This document shows positions 13,355 to 26,689 of a DNA stretch of 64,000 bases, in pieces. The position numbers were made by a program, and so were the translations under genes. Source of the stretch: Takakia lepidozioides. Lineage: Eukaryota; Plantae; Bryophyta. Each line of letters begins with the position of its first letter. The stretch's first letter is position 1. Below the pieces are notes generated by a model. It searched no databases, was not told the DNA's origin, and saw only the letters and a program-made list of their open reading frames with translations. The stretch is from the NCBI GenBank assembly GCA_030704615.1, contig CM060733.1, positions 69,688,001 to 69,752,000 on the forward strand, written 5' to 3'.

Positions 13355-13957
13355 GTCAACCCCCGGTTCCCCCCCCTCCATACACTTGACGAACAGCAAC
13401 CCAGTTCGCATTTGCATTGTCTGCCATGAACCCTCGAAAATGTGGTGGGCCCTTCCCTGCTATTTGTATCTAATCATTGATGCTCTCCCACATGATTACT
13501 TGCGATGCTGTATACTTTGATTTCATTTCACAAATTGCGATCGTCATAAGCTTCCGGTAGTTCGGATGGTACACGTGACATGCCATTGTGCTCCGGCCGT
13601 TTATTCGCTTGACGTTGTCGAACATAATCCAGCTCGATCCCAGCTCCCCCTCCGGGCCACATCATGTCCACCAGATGTACTCCACAACCTTTGCCAATAG
13701 TTGACATCTTGAAGACAAAACATCTTTCATCCACACTCCCTTGGCCTGGGAACCGGCTCCCCTGGATATAGTTGTACCCGCTCCACTTTTTCATTGTCAT
13801 CGAAGCTTCTACATCACTTCCAATCCCCATTTCCACTTTTTTCTTATGTGTTTCATAACGAATACCACATCTGCCAATAGCACCGACCTCCTCCATGAGC
13901 TCCTCGAACTGCTCATCATCTAGCCTCCATCTCTCTTTTGCACCTGGGGATAACACC
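13355..13957 (-). pseudogene. MULE-like (Mutator) transposase fragment
   Basis: ORF 13528-13992 (..RCFVFKMSTIGKG..) continues after a frameshift as WIMFDNVKRINGRSTMACHVY..MTIAICEM..FRGFMADNANANWVAVRQVYG. This resembles MULE-type DDE domains of non-seed plants (recognised from memory, not searched). Confidence 0.6.
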
Positions 13958-14275
13958 AGAGAGAGAGAGAAGACTCCGACCGAAGCCAGCATAACTAAGA
14001 GCCACTTTATCTTGCGGCTACTGCCCCCTTTCGAAGGTGGGCCCTATAAGAAGAAATGTGTCATGTGGGACACCAGGTGACCGTAGAAATATGGGGGTCT
14101 AAGATATCCCTGGGTACCCAGGGGTACCCTGGGGGACCTAAGGTGCGTTTGAAGAGCCGGATTCCAGTTGGCGTTTGTTGGTGATAATAGTTGTGAGGGA
14201 GCGGAGTGCCGTGAGGTGAATAGCTTTGAAACATTTATGGATGGGGAGGATGAGGATTTTGAAGTTTTCATGTAT
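13958..14275 (-). mobile_element. 3'-end fragment of the RLE/RNase H LINE family with (CT)n tail
   Basis: Homologous to 56380-56734 (IHKCFKAIHL.ALRSLT.IITN, GGTACC-rich UTR, hairpin cluster, CT tail). Inserted into the MULE-like fragment. Confidence 0.85.
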
Positions 14276-15445
14276 AACCACTGCAACCTCATAAATTACA
14301 CCAACTGCCTCTATCACCCACATTGACTGCTTATGCAAGACCTGCAACCCCATGTATTGGAGATCCCCGAAATGCTAAGCTCTTACACCTATGTTCATGT
14401 GAGCAGAAATGGGGATAGAAACTCACACATTCATACGATTCGTTGCACGTTGACGAGCCCTGAGCGCGCGCGGTCAGGGTGACGGCATAGTAGTCTAGGG
14501 GGGCCGAGGTAAGTTGCGGTGTAGGTTGGGCTCACTGAACCGCCTACCCGTCTGCGGTTAGTGCAGGGGGTCCGTGGTCGTACATGGTGGCTATGATCAC
14601 TATCTAAGTCCTACCGGCAAAGAGAAATCACGTACTCTTCTGCACAGGGCGAGTTTGCGTTTCTAAGTCCAACGGTGTTCTACAATCTACTCAGTAACTG
14701 CCTTCCAAATCTTTGTGTTTTATTGCCTAATTCCTACCGCCTAGGCCCCCGAGCCACCTATAGCCGGAACATGTTTTAATCCCTTCACAAGGCACCTGTT
14801 GAGCCTAGGGAGAAGAGGGAAAATCGTCCTCTCCCAATGCCCCTCCTTTGCCGAGGGCTTGAGTTCAAGTCACCTCTAAATGGAAGGGCCAACGTTTCCT
14901 ACCCCAGTGCCTAAATATTTTGTTTTAACATAGGAGTGGCCAAAATGCTTATTGTCATCCAATAGGTTCACTCAATTCAATAAGGTGGTTCTAAGCCCCT
15001 GAACTCAACAAGTTCAATCAGTTTAATCAACGCCCTGCAGGCTATAACGAGCACCACGTGCATCTATCTTATTTAAGCAATTTCGTAAATCAGAAATGCT
15101 GGAAAATAAAAGAAATTAAGAAAATCAGAAAAAATACCTCCCCTATGGGAAATCATGTGCGGAATCCAAAGATACCCTTGGTGCCTAAAGATGCCCTTGG
15201 GAACCCAATGAGAACCGAGGAACACCCGGGAACCGTTCCCTGCCGCGGGGAACTGTCGCGGCTCTATCGGATGAATGAATCTCGCTGAGAGCTCATCCCT
15301 GCCACTATATTCGTTAGTCTAGAACATGCACGCATAAATAATAAAATAACCACTGGTGGGTCCAAGCCAGAGAGTCACCCACCTTACATTATTTTAAGGT
15401 GCTGGTGCGCTTTCCCTCCGTGGAAAAAATCATCCTCTACCTTGG

Positions 15446-16850
15446 GCTCTGACACAAAGGCTCACTGTAGCCGAGTTTTTAGGACAAAGTACTTTCTCTC
15501 CTCCTTTGTCTCTCGAGGTCTCCGCCTCTAGCTCACTGCTCCTAGGCCCGCTTGGCTCTCTCTTGGAGTCCTAAGAACGTTCCCCTCCAAGGCTACGTCC
15601 TCCCAAAATCCTAGATTTTATCTACCACTGGCGCCTTAGATAATGGCTCATAACCCTTAGAGGGGTATAAATTGAATCTAATAGCTAAATGTAAGAATAC
15701 TCCCCTTTAAGGGAATTTGCAGACGCATTGCCCGCTGGGTAAAACGCCCCCGCCACGTGGCGGGGCGCAGATCAGCGCGTAGCGGTCCAAACTGTGGACC
15801 GCTACGGTTAACGCCAACGTCCGCCGGTCCGTCTCAACTTTTGATTATCCAGCGGATAAAGACCCGCGCCTTGCTCGCACGCTTCAGGGCCTCACGCCTG
15901 AGCCACACGGCTGATGTACTTGATCTCAATACGACTTAGGGTCAGCGTTGGCCCCCCGCTCCCGTACGTCGTGGCTGGGCCACGGCTGCCTTCACGCTTT
16001 TAGTAATCGAGTCCCTACTCTCTAGGCGCAGCACCCGGGCTCCTCCCGGGCTGCTTGCGACTTTGGGGCAGCTGCTGTCAAGCGAAATTAGTCTGCCCAA
16101 ACCCCAAGACAAAAAAAAATACAACCCACCATTCCCTAGGCCTCCATGGCTTGCTAGTGGGGGGGGAAATTAGAACATAGAGGCCTTATAGTGGCCTTAT
16201 ATCATAGATCCAGCCTACTGGCCTGCCTTTGCCAGAGCTGGCTATATTTCAAATTAGTAATCAAATACAAAGATTCCTTCTTCCAACAATTCAAATACAA
16301 GCCTCTATTGGTGCCCTTACCAATAGACTATGGGGGTTTTCCCCTTGTCACTTCTAGACATGAAATAATGGGATTCCACAATGCACTCTCCTCCTTTGAA
16401 GAGTCTAAATCAGATTTTCAGCTTCAAGCTTTGCTTGGAAAATAAATGAATCACATACACAAATGGTGAAATGGTAAGATGGGATCAACCTTTCTATGCG
16501 AGAGTGCTTGGGATGCTCTATCGACTCAAGTAATGGTACTCTATGCGGCCTCCACTTGGGCTCTCGTCCATAAGTCCATACCAGCCCCTCCTACTCGTCT
16601 TCCAGTCACTTTCCTCCACATGAAATTGCCCTCTTCCTTCACAAATGAAAATGGCTCAAAGGCCCACAAGCTAGGCCACTTGCCTTAGCTCACAAGAATA
16701 TCTAACTAGGGAGCTTCAAGCTCCACTCCCTAGGATCTAGCCCCTCCTCAAGCCAAAACCTAGCAAGCACTACAACAACAAGCAAGAGGAAACTAAGCAA
16801 ATGAGCTAGATGAAGAATAAGAGAAGCCTTGCCCCCTCTTTTATACTGTT
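15446..16850 (-). repeat. Possible LTR remnant of another retroelement
   Basis: Degenerate iMet-PBS-like GCTCTGACACAA (plus strand 15446) and minus-strand TATAAAAGAGGGG near 16835. No partner LTR was found. Confidence 0.3.
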
Positions 16851-17814
16851 GTTGTGCCTAATAGTTTAAGGGAAAATATGTATTAAACTATTGTTTCTTC
16901 GGAGGATCTATAATATACTATTCCACATGGATGAAAAGTCTTAGAGGCAAATGAAAGTTGTCTTTTCATCCATCCAATTGGATGACCAGTTGGCGCGAGT
17001 TGTCATTTCATCATCCTCCAGCTCCTCAAGGCGAATTCCAGGATTTTTCATCCATCCAAGAAGTAGAAATGCAAATAATAGGCCTTGTGAGTGCCGTCGA
17101 CTCAATAATTTGGCCCCGCTGCTAATCAGCTCCATAAATCACCAAACTTGCTGAAAAACTACAATTATATACCCCGTATCAGCCTGTAAATTCTCAGCTC
17201 CATCGGTGGTAAAAAGTTGCATTTCTCGCCATTCGTCGTATTTTCGCTACACACATATTTTGTGGTATATTTGGAAATCAAATCCCTAGTGATGGCTTTG
17301 GGGTCTTTGACCCTGCCACTGAGTCATAGGTTTTCGGAGTCCCCTCCAGTTGTCCCGCACCGCTAACAAGTCCACGCTTTGCCGTTTGAAATCGTCCTGA
17401 CCTGCTGTCATTCCGATGCGGCCAATTGTTTTGTTGCGATATTTCATCGCTACATGTCGCTTCCACCAATTGCCAAGCTCCTCGCCGTGTGTTCCTACTG
17501 GACTTGAAAGGCGGGAGAAAAGAGAGATCACAATCTGGGACTGGAATAGTCGTCCTGTATTGTTTGAACAGGATTATTTCGTCGTTTCTGGTACCGAATT
17601 GGCAGCCTAATCTACTGTCGATGCAACTTCCTACGGTCATCTTGAAGCCAGAGTTCCACTCCATGGTCGTCGCAAACACTGTCTAATTTCCTACGTGCTT
17701 TACCAACGATTCCTAGACAACTAATAAACTAACTTGTTTTGGCAGTACATTGCCGAAACCGCTTGTCTTATGATCAAAAACGATCTGAAAAGAAGAGTGT
17801 ACCAATATATGCAT

Positions 17815-18694
17815 CTACACACATCGTATAAGGCCCAGATCCAAACTCTTCACATCCATAATCTTTGCGTTCACCCGGTAGTGTCAGCTCGCTTCGTCAG
17901 GATGTTGCTCGGAGATGACCTCCATCCAGGCGTACCACCTATGATTCCTGTCGTAGATGTGCAGCCATTTGTTTGACAAAAATTCCCACACGTGTTATTT
18001 ATTTCTTCCTCAAATCGCCATATCCGCTACCAATGTACAAACCATGCATGTCAATCTCCCTGTTGGATGTCTTGGCTCTCTCCACTGTTGTCGTTGGTAG
18101 AAAGCAAGAGCGATGCAAGTGCATCATTATACATGTCCGCCTCAAAATACAACTTCAGCTTGTTGATGCCAGGGCGCTCAGCCATCCGCACAGCGGGGAG
18201 GGGCTTCATCCTGCATAATGGTATTTTTGGCGGAGTCCCATTCTTCAGCAAGTGCAAAATAGAGCTCATTGTGTGGTTCATCGCACTTGTAGTGAGTGAC
18301 AGTAGGGCTTGTTTGTGCATGTCGCCAGTCAAAACAATGTCGGCCAGCACTGTTGTGCGCTCGTTGCTGGACCTGGCGAGGCACCGCTTGCAGAAATGAG
18401 GGAGATAGGAGGGCGGTCCATGGACGGGTTGGCCGTTGTAGACACCATTCCGCCTTCCTGTGATGTCGTGGTTTTCTTCCGAAGTTTCCCTAACATTTTG
18501 GAGGTCTACCACCCTCGCTGCTCTACTGGGAGATGACCGTCCGGCCACGCAGTATGCGTGTTTGTGTGGGCAGCACAAACTCCCCGTCTTCTTCCACAAT
18601 GTGCTCCATGAAGACGACGTTCCCCTACTCGAAAATAGAAAAGGAAGCTCAAGAGTCGGGCACTGCAGAGGAGAATCCGGATCACCGGATACAC
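17815..18694 (-). pseudogene. ParB/Srx-like gene, copy 1 (N-terminal part)
   Basis: IPLCRMKPLPAVR..KWLHIYD.NHRWYAW. It is an inverted homolog of 49070-49975, and its upstream region continues at 33649-34340 once LTR element 3 is removed. Confidence 0.7.
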
Positions 18695-19890
18695 TGTAGT
18701 GTGAATATGTGGTTATTTTTGCAGCTGTTCGATGGGCTAAGTACTTAAGATCTTACAACATTTAAGTAGTTGGATGAATAGCAGTGATGGATGAATTATG
18801 ACTCATTGGATGAGGACATCCATCCGCCAAACATCCATGTGCCCTAGATCGGCAGGATTGATGAGTGACGACGTTCTTCATGCAAGCACACAAGCACGGG
18901 TATGGCGAGCTCCTGACACTTTGTATTCTGGAGCAGGCAACAGCCTACATGCTTTAGTTTTTGGTTGCAATTTACTTTCTTGTTCCTTAGTCAGTATCTG
19001 CGATGGCGGCTGAGTTAGTTTTCTAGACAGACTAGTTAATATGGTCGACTATAGGAGCTGCAGGTATAGTAATTGCACAGGCAAGTGGGGTTTGGGTTTT
19101 AAGGAAAATTTTGGTGAGAATGAGCTTCTTCTTACTTTTCGGCAGATGGTAGTGAGACAGGCAGAATGAGATAGAGAAGTGGAGGTGGTGATGGTGACGT
19201 GAGCGAGAGACTTGAGCTTCAAGCTCCACACTCATTATTTTGTGTAGAGGAAGGATTATGCAGAGGAAGAAGTAAAAATCGACTGTTTGGGTCACTGTTT
19301 GGTTTTTGTGTCTGGAATCGCATTTGCATGATGCATTAATTCCTGCATTGTAGCCATGAGGGAAGTCTGATTGCAGCTATGGTAAGGGTGTGGGTACAAT
19401 AGCTGGGGAATCAGGGCATGTATGTAGTGCATCATTCAAACCACCTAATGGGGAGACTCCACATTGCATGGATGGAATATTAGGGTGCATCTGTAACATG
19501 GCAGCATTGTTGTTTCTTTCTAGAAGGTCAGTCGAACCTGCAGCTCGTGCATAACTGACGAGTGTATTTGGATCTGACCTTTGGACTCGAGAGGTAAAAG
19601 ATGAGAGAGAGTGAGAGAAAATGAGAGGATGTCGGGTAGGCGCGGGTAGTTCGATCAGGCTTTCTGACGGGGGTGCCATGAATACAAGAAGGTGACTGCT
19701 CTTCACGGGCAAGGCCCACCTTTCAAGGGGGAATCTATGAGGGCTATGCTGGGTGTTTGCAGCAAATTGTTTATCTGTGACGGATGTGTGTCCTACCTAT
19801 GTCGTCTCTTCCGTTGCGGCATGGGTCGGACGGAATGGTACTCTGATGACTTGAAATGAATGTCGTGGGGAAATGTTTTGCCCCTTTCTT
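18695..19890 (+). repeat. 5' LTR of element 3
   Basis: Closely similar to 32419-33648 and starts TGTAGTGTG. The terminal CACGCCACA before the PBS is deleted. Confidence 0.92.
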
Positions 19891-19902
19891 TGGTATCAGA
19901 GC
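19891..19902 (+). promoter_or_regulatory. Primer-binding site (tRNA-iMet)
   Basis: TGGTATCAGAGC directly after the 5' LTR. Confidence 0.92.
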
Positions 19903-20356
19903 TGATGTCGGTCTCTGTTCTGTTTGCATTCTTCGCAATGGTTCATTATGTGTTTTGGTGATCTCTCTTTATATGGCCGGTAGGGATCATACCCTGATAC
20001 CCGATGAACCGAGCATTGGAGACATCCTCATATTCTTCAGTCAGCGTGCGTTAGTGCTGAGCCTAGACTCTATTTTTTTAATCTTGCTTGGAGATTGAGG
20101 GATGGTGACTTGTGCCTTCGAGTGACACATGTTGGAGGCCGCACTACCATAGCTCTTTGGATGAGGGAATCAGGAAGGTGGGAAAGAATTAACACTATGG
20201 CTAGGGAAGTTACCTGGGGAGGTCGTGTAGAGATGTTGCGCAATGGAGTGTGGGAATGGTATAGGGGTCAAAACTGATGTAGGTGTGTGTATTTGCCAGT
20301 TGGTTTTGTTTGCTTACCGTTTTCCCTTCGCTTGACTGTTGTTGTGTATTTGGAGG

Positions 20357-20990
20357 ATGACTAGCCCGGCGGGAATTGAGGCCCCGTTCTTCGGTAGGAA
20401 GAACAAAGACGTTCACGACTGGATCAACCGAATCTAGATGTCTGAAGATGTACAGGATCTGAGTGAAGACAAGATGTTCAAAGTGGCTCGGTTGAATATG
20501 CGTTCCAAGGCGGACGAATGGTTCCGCAAGCAGAACCCAAGGCTAGACATTGGCCAGACTTCCAGGCTACAATTACTGCCAAGTTTGAAGTTGTGGACAT
20601 GGCGGAAATCAAGATGAGACTAGATTCAATCAAACAGAAGCATAAGCAACGCGTTCAGGCGTACTTTGATAAGTTGAGCCATGTTTTTGAAAGGAGGCAT
20701 AGCGGATCTGGAGCAGCGCAAGCTCTTTGTTGGGGGCTTGCGACCGGAAATAATGAGGGCCATGCTTGGTAGACGATTTGTGGATATAGATGAAGCTTTG
20801 GATACTGCGATTGAGATTGAACGCGGACTGGGAAGATTGGGCGAAACCCCTCTGAAGCCGCTAGAAGGAGAGACAGTGATGAGGTAGCTTATTTGAGTCC
20901 AATGGACAAGAGACTGGACAATCTGACCAATACCCTGCAAAAGTATTTTGACACGGGTCCGGTGTATGGGGAATCATCAGGCAGAATGTG
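20357..20990 (+). pseudogene. gag remnant of element 3
   Basis: MTSPAGIEAPFFG..KMFKVARLN..KMRLDSIKQ..LGETP..PMDKRLDNL is homologous to the gag of element 2, with stops and frameshifts. Confidence 0.85.
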
Positions 20991-21247
20991 TCAACTATTA
21001 ATGCATCCCATTAACAGTTGCATACTTAATTTAGGGTTTGTGTTAGACAGAGTTAGGTTAGGTCCCGAAGGCGCCACCTAGCTCCAATGGTGCTGCTAGT
21101 GTGGATTTATAAAGTTTCTATGTTATAAGTATTTGCGTTTGTAATTTGTAACCAACAGTTAGTGCTAACTCATTGACGTATTTAGGAAAACAGTAGTCTA
21201 GAAATAAGTAAGGCGAGTGTATAATTACTTCGGGGATTTTTGATTTT

Positions 21248-21249
<2 letters not shown>

Positions 21250-21280
<31 letters not shown>
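21250..21280. repeat. (TA)n microsatellite
   Basis: About 15 consecutive TA units. Confidence 0.95.
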
Positions 21281-21281
<1 letters not shown>

Positions 21282-22599
21282 GCATCTATATACATTAAAA
21301 GAGATAGCCTAGTGTAAATATTAGTTATTAAGCAAACAACAGAATTTAATTTCAACCAACAAACTTAATTTTTATTTATTTTTTAAGGATTTTATGTATA
21401 TATTTACGTTTTAAAAGATAGGGATATTGATTTATTTAGTTTTTACTAGTCCCCATTAATTTATGTGAGTCAAGAATAGATAAGCAATTAGATCATTCTA
21501 AGGAAAAGATCAGCCCAGCAAACAATCTTAGTATACCGAAATAAAAGGAGAGGATCAAAACTGCTTAAAAGGAGCAGTGCGGCGACAATGTGAACCACCA
21601 ACCTCGGAGGTGCGAGATAAACCACTAACCAACAAGTCCATCAAGAACCATTCAAAACCAACTAGCCTATTTAATTACTTATAGAGCTATTTCAAGGGTT
21701 CTTAAATATAAGCAAAACCAGCTAAGTTGCAACAAGCGAGAGTAGACCCCCCAACCTCGGCGATGCAGCGAAGGTCCCTAACCAACAGACCAAGGTGGAT
21801 TTCTGAGAAGTAATTTAACTACTTAACTAGGGCTTCGCATTGCTCCGCACTACTAGCGACGAATTCTGAGAACTACCGATCAATTTTCACAAAATAAGGT
21901 GGGTTTCCAAATTTCATTGTTTGATGTAGCTACCTCTATCTATGCCCTGGAAATGAGGTAGAGGTGAACCCGTATTTTCCCCTTCGTTAAGCATTTGTTT
22001 CATCAGGATCGAAATCCGGTTGTTTATCCGTTGCTCATCATTTTTTATTTTTTTATTTTATGGGGAAACATCTGGGAGCGACAGCTCACAAATCAGGCCC
22101 CTTGATAGCGAGGAGAAAATAACCTCTTTCACAGTAACCCCACCATGAAGGCGTAGAAATGGGGCATCACCCAATGGAAGGGGTAGAAGAGTATACCACA
22201 CCCCTCAAGTAGCATGTTTTGCCCCAGAATCATCTGGGTGGCACTCAGTTTACTAACCAACTTAGGTACTAACTGTTGGCCATCCTTCAGTTTCTCAACA
22301 TTTAGCTTTATTATCTTGATTAAAAAATGATTGTCTTGATAAAAATGCCTCAATACAGTAGCGACCTGGCTCCTTTCTAACCCCTCTGACCATTTGTTTA
22401 TATGGGCAATTGATGTAGATTTCAAATAGTTTGGATTCTTAATTTAATGTCCCGGTAGCTATATAAACTATTATAAGTGTCAAATTGTCGTACAAGGAAG
22501 AACAAGCTCATGTGAAATGTGATGGGACATACAGCTTGTTGTTAGGCGCTGGGAAAATGCAAGGAGAACATTCTGTTGCTCAGATGGATCCCACCTGGC

Positions 22600-23820
22600 A
22601 GCTGCAACATAGATATTTGATAGCAACACATAAGTCGCAGCATCATGTTCATCCGATGGGGGGATAGATGTTGCCGCACATTTAGCCATCTCTACATTGC
22701 CATGGATTCTGCAGGCACCAAGCAAGGCCTTCCACACCACAGCATCTGGATTGATGGCATTTTATTAATCAGGTCCACTGCTCATCCAGTTGTCTGGCAC
22801 GTCCAAGAAGGTCCACCATGCAGCCAAAGTGCACTTACTGTCAGAGTGACACCATGATCTTGACTCAGGGAATCCCAGTAGCGTCTTTTTTCATCCAGTA
22901 GGCCAGTGTGGCTGCATGCAAAGAGAACACATATAAAGGTGATACTGTCCAACTTGAAGCCTTCCCTCTGCATTATGTTGCCCTCTTGGATGATTCTGTA
23001 CACACACTCTACCCCTGCTTTGGCATACATGTCCACCAGGGTATTGTTCAGGATCACATCTGGTACGATTCCAGCTCTGACGATGTCGCCATGTACCTCT
23101 TTGCCCTTTTCCAGGGCTGCCAGGCTTGCACATGCATTGCAAACGCACACACACGTGATGCGGTTGGGCTTCACCCCTTCGCACATCATTTGCTCATACG
23201 TCTCCAAAGCCTCCATCCCGCGCCCCTGCTGTGCATATCCTGCGAGCATCGCACTCCACGACACCACATCTCGTTCCGCCATATTGTCGAACACTCCCTT
23301 TGCATGCTCGATGCTCCCACATTTGGCATACATGTCCACCAGGGTACTGTTCAGGATCACATCTGGTACGATTCCAGCTCTGACGATGTCGCCATGCACC
23401 TCTTTGCCCAGAAGTGCCAGAAGAGGCATTGTGGACTCCCTCTCTTGACCCTCTTCCAGAGGCTGTGGTCGTGGTTGAGGTGCCTGATTTTATCAACTGT
23501 GCCGCTGCAGCGGCTGCCTTTAGTTGACCATCTACCCATGCAGGTTTCTTGTAGCTATTGATTCACAGGGAATCATAGGTAATCTTGTGCTTGAAATTTG
23601 GCTCTCTTGGATGATTCTGTACACACACTCTACCCTGCTTTGGCATACATGTCCACCAGGGTATTGTTCAGGATCACATCTGGTACGATTCCAGCTCTGA
23701 CGATGTCGCCATTCATCTCTTTGCCCTTTTCCAGGGTTGCCAGGCTTGCATACGCATTGCAAATGCAACCAAACGTGATGTGGTTGGGCTTCACCCCTTC
23801 GCGCATCATTTGCTTATACG
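22600..23820 (-). pseudogene. Mosaic PLS-E class PPR pseudogene fragments with an embedded PDF-motif piece
   Basis: LVDMYAKCGSIEHAKGVFD..RDVVSWSAMLAGYAQQG and E motif VWKALLGACRIHGNVE..YVLLSNIY. Internally duplicated blocks and a PDF-like piece at about 23500-23600. Confidence 0.9.
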
Positions 23821-23824
23821 CCTG

Positions 23825-26320
23825 TACCTCTGTTTACCAACTTTGAAAGTCTCGAGGCTGAGCCAAACGATGGCCTAGTTATTGGGCAAACCACACACCA
23901 ATAACCACTGTGTGTGGCCCAATAACTAGGCCACACCAATAACCACACACAGTAGGTTGAAGCTTGTGTAAAGGGATTCCTAGAGGATATCTGGAAAACC
24001 CGGATCAATTGTTTATTCCAAGGTAAGTCTTACTACGGGCGTCGGCCCCTAACAAAGGTAGGTTTTGTCCCTTTGTGTTCTGCTCAAACTGGGCATGGAG
24101 TCAATGGCCACAAGGCTACGGCAAACAACGTCTTAGGAATACTCTCTCTCTCTCCCTCCAGACGAGAGGACTGATTCCCTTGGTCAACTAAGTCTGGGAA
24201 AGGTAAAGCTGGTCAGCAAGGCCACACCTAAAAACACACAACATGTAATCTGCAACGAACACTAATTGTCTCTATCAAGGTAAGTCACACTACCGAAGTG
24301 AGCCCCTCACAAAGGTACTATCTGTTCCCTTTTGTTTCGCCCAAATTGGGGTCTATGGCCACAAGACCACGGCAAACAACGTCGTATGTGTACATTCTCT
24401 CTCTCTCTTCCTCTCTTGCACACCCATAATTTGTTCATCTTGTGTAAACCTTGACGATTGGTAAACCATTCAGAGAGCAAATGTGCAGTGGTAGCATTCA
24501 ACGACAGAGGAGAGGGAGGAAGTGATCTTAAGTGGCAGTGGGGTAGCCAAGAGATCCTGGTCCTCCCTTCCTACACTTACCTGGGCGTTTAGTTTTCCTC
24601 CAATTGTAATTGGATGCACATATCCGGAAAGTTGTTCAAACTTGCAAGGGCAAAGCTCTGGGGCTCACTAAAATTTTCCACTGCGGAGGGGTCAACTCTG
24701 AGGTTAAGAAAACCATGTTTTGTCACGTTATTAGACCTGCCTTGGAGTACGGATCTGCTATATGGGTTGATAACTCCAACCAGGCTAAGTCTCTAGAATC
24801 CATTCAAGTGGGGGTGCTTAAGGAGTGTATGTCAGCATGCTCCAAAACAGCCAATGTGGCTGTTTGGGGTGAGTTTGGCATTCCGTCCTTAAGCTCCCGA
24901 CAAGATGAATTCAAGGTCAGATGGTGGGGTCAGCTGCAACATATGCCCAACACCAGATTTCCTAAGTTAATTGACTCTATATCTTGGAAACAGGACCGCC
25001 CTGTCAAACAGGCCAAGTCCTGGCAGAAGAGAGTAGAAGAGATTCTCAATGACCTTGACCTGGATCCGCTGCTAGATAAATCTGACTTAGAGGCTGTAGT
25101 GTCCAAAGCCATGTCTATTGCCATGAGATTGTCTGATGAAAATGAAGTTAGGCAGAAAACTTCCCTGAACTTGTTTCCAGTCAGTGATATGGGGGAGGAC
25201 ATCTTGGATGACCTCAAGGGTCTACCCACTCTTGGCACTAGACTGAAATTTAAACTCAGGGCAGGAAGCCTACCTTCAGAAGCAAAGAGGAAAGGGAGAG
25301 AGCAATTGCCCGTTGTGTGGGCAATCTGAAGATAGTATTCATTTTCTGATACACTGTCCGGGGTTCTCTCACCAAAGAGACGCTCTCTTCAAATCTATCA
25401 AGGGAATTGTCCCTGTACCCTTGTTTACCAACTTTGAAAGTCTCGAGGCTGAGCCAAAAGCCCAGGCCCTCCTGAGGCCTAGTTTTTGGGCAAATCACAC
25501 ACAGCAGATTGATGCTTGTGTGAAGGGATTTCTAGAGGATATCTGGAAAACCCGGATTAATTCTATATATGAAGGTAAGTCTTACTACCAACATGAGCCC
25601 CTGACAGAGGTAGGTTCTGTCCCTTTTGTTCCCGCTCAAACTGGGCGCGGGGTCAATGGCCACAAGGCTACGGCAAACAATGTCTTATGAGTACAATCTT
25701 ACACACCTAGAGTGACACACAGATGCCTTCCCCATGCATGTCACTGGTAAACGCAGGGCTATAAAACTAAAATCAATAACTCTGCAACCAGGCTGTTGAG
25801 TTTGCATGTGGACAAGTGCTTTGGTGAGGCAATTGCCGGAAAATAAGGTGATACCTGCTGCTGCAAAGATAAGATAAAACTTGGTGGGAGCCAATCCCAC
25901 AAAAGGCTACCCTTGGCACTAGACTGACATTTAAACCTGGGGCGGGGAGTCTACCTTTGAACAATAAACAGATGTAGAGCGAAAAAAGGAGATTGTCAAT
26001 GCCCAATGCGCAGGCGGCCTGAAAACAATATCCAATTTCTCATACAACGCCTATTCCCAACAGAGAGGGACCCTCTTCAGGACCATCAAGAACATAGTCC
26101 CTGCGTCTTTGTTCACCAACGTCAAAATCTCAAGGCTGAGCCTAAAGCCTCGGGGGTCTAATTGATGGGCAACTCACACACAGCAGATTCATGCTTGTGT
26201 GAAGGGTTTTTTAAGGGATATCTGGAAAGCTCGAACTATTGTTTTTTCCAAGGTAAGTCCCACTACCGGAGTGAGCCCATCACAAAGGTAGAGTCTGTTC
26301 CCTCTTGTTCCTCGTCTCTC
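23825..26320 (+). mobile_element. Cluster of four 3' fragments of one LINE family (RT thumb, CCHC, some with (CT)n tail)
   Basis: 24550-25690 reads YTYLG..WDAHI..IRPALEYGSAIW..FKLRAG..CPLC..EDSIHFLIHCP..GRGVNGHKATA. Shorter homologous 3' ends lie at about 23825-24155, 24270-24415 and 26010-26320. Confidence 0.8.
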
Positions 26321-26689
26321 TTACCTGTTTCTGGATACTTTGGCAGTATCATGTCAAAGTCACTCCAACTATCAAAGGTTCACCCAACCAGCTAACTTGC
26401 AGAATTCAACATGAAAATTTAGGGCCGGTTCTGATAAGAGGGAACCCACACTCCATCCCTGCTCCTTCAGCTATCCATGCCTCTGCACAAATCATGCATA
26501 CATCCTTGCCTTGTTGCTAGCAACATACAATGATAGCCTAGAATTCTTCCAGCAAACACCCAAACCATACTTATCAGACTAGTTCCTATGCTGAGTTGCA
26601 TCTGCTTCCAACAGGCATTCACCTTTTTGTCTCAATTGTCCCACAATTGACTGGCTTTGGAGAAGTGTTCATTCCAAAGCTTCTCCATG

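Noticed and set aside
19032-19719. Duplicated small ORFs (also 32755-33448)
   Set aside because: They lie within the two LTRs, so their conservation reflects LTR identity.
21285-21856. Non-autonomous Helitron (TCTATATAC...CTAG)
   Set aside because: The subterminal hairpin is weak and no T follows CTAG, so support is insufficient.
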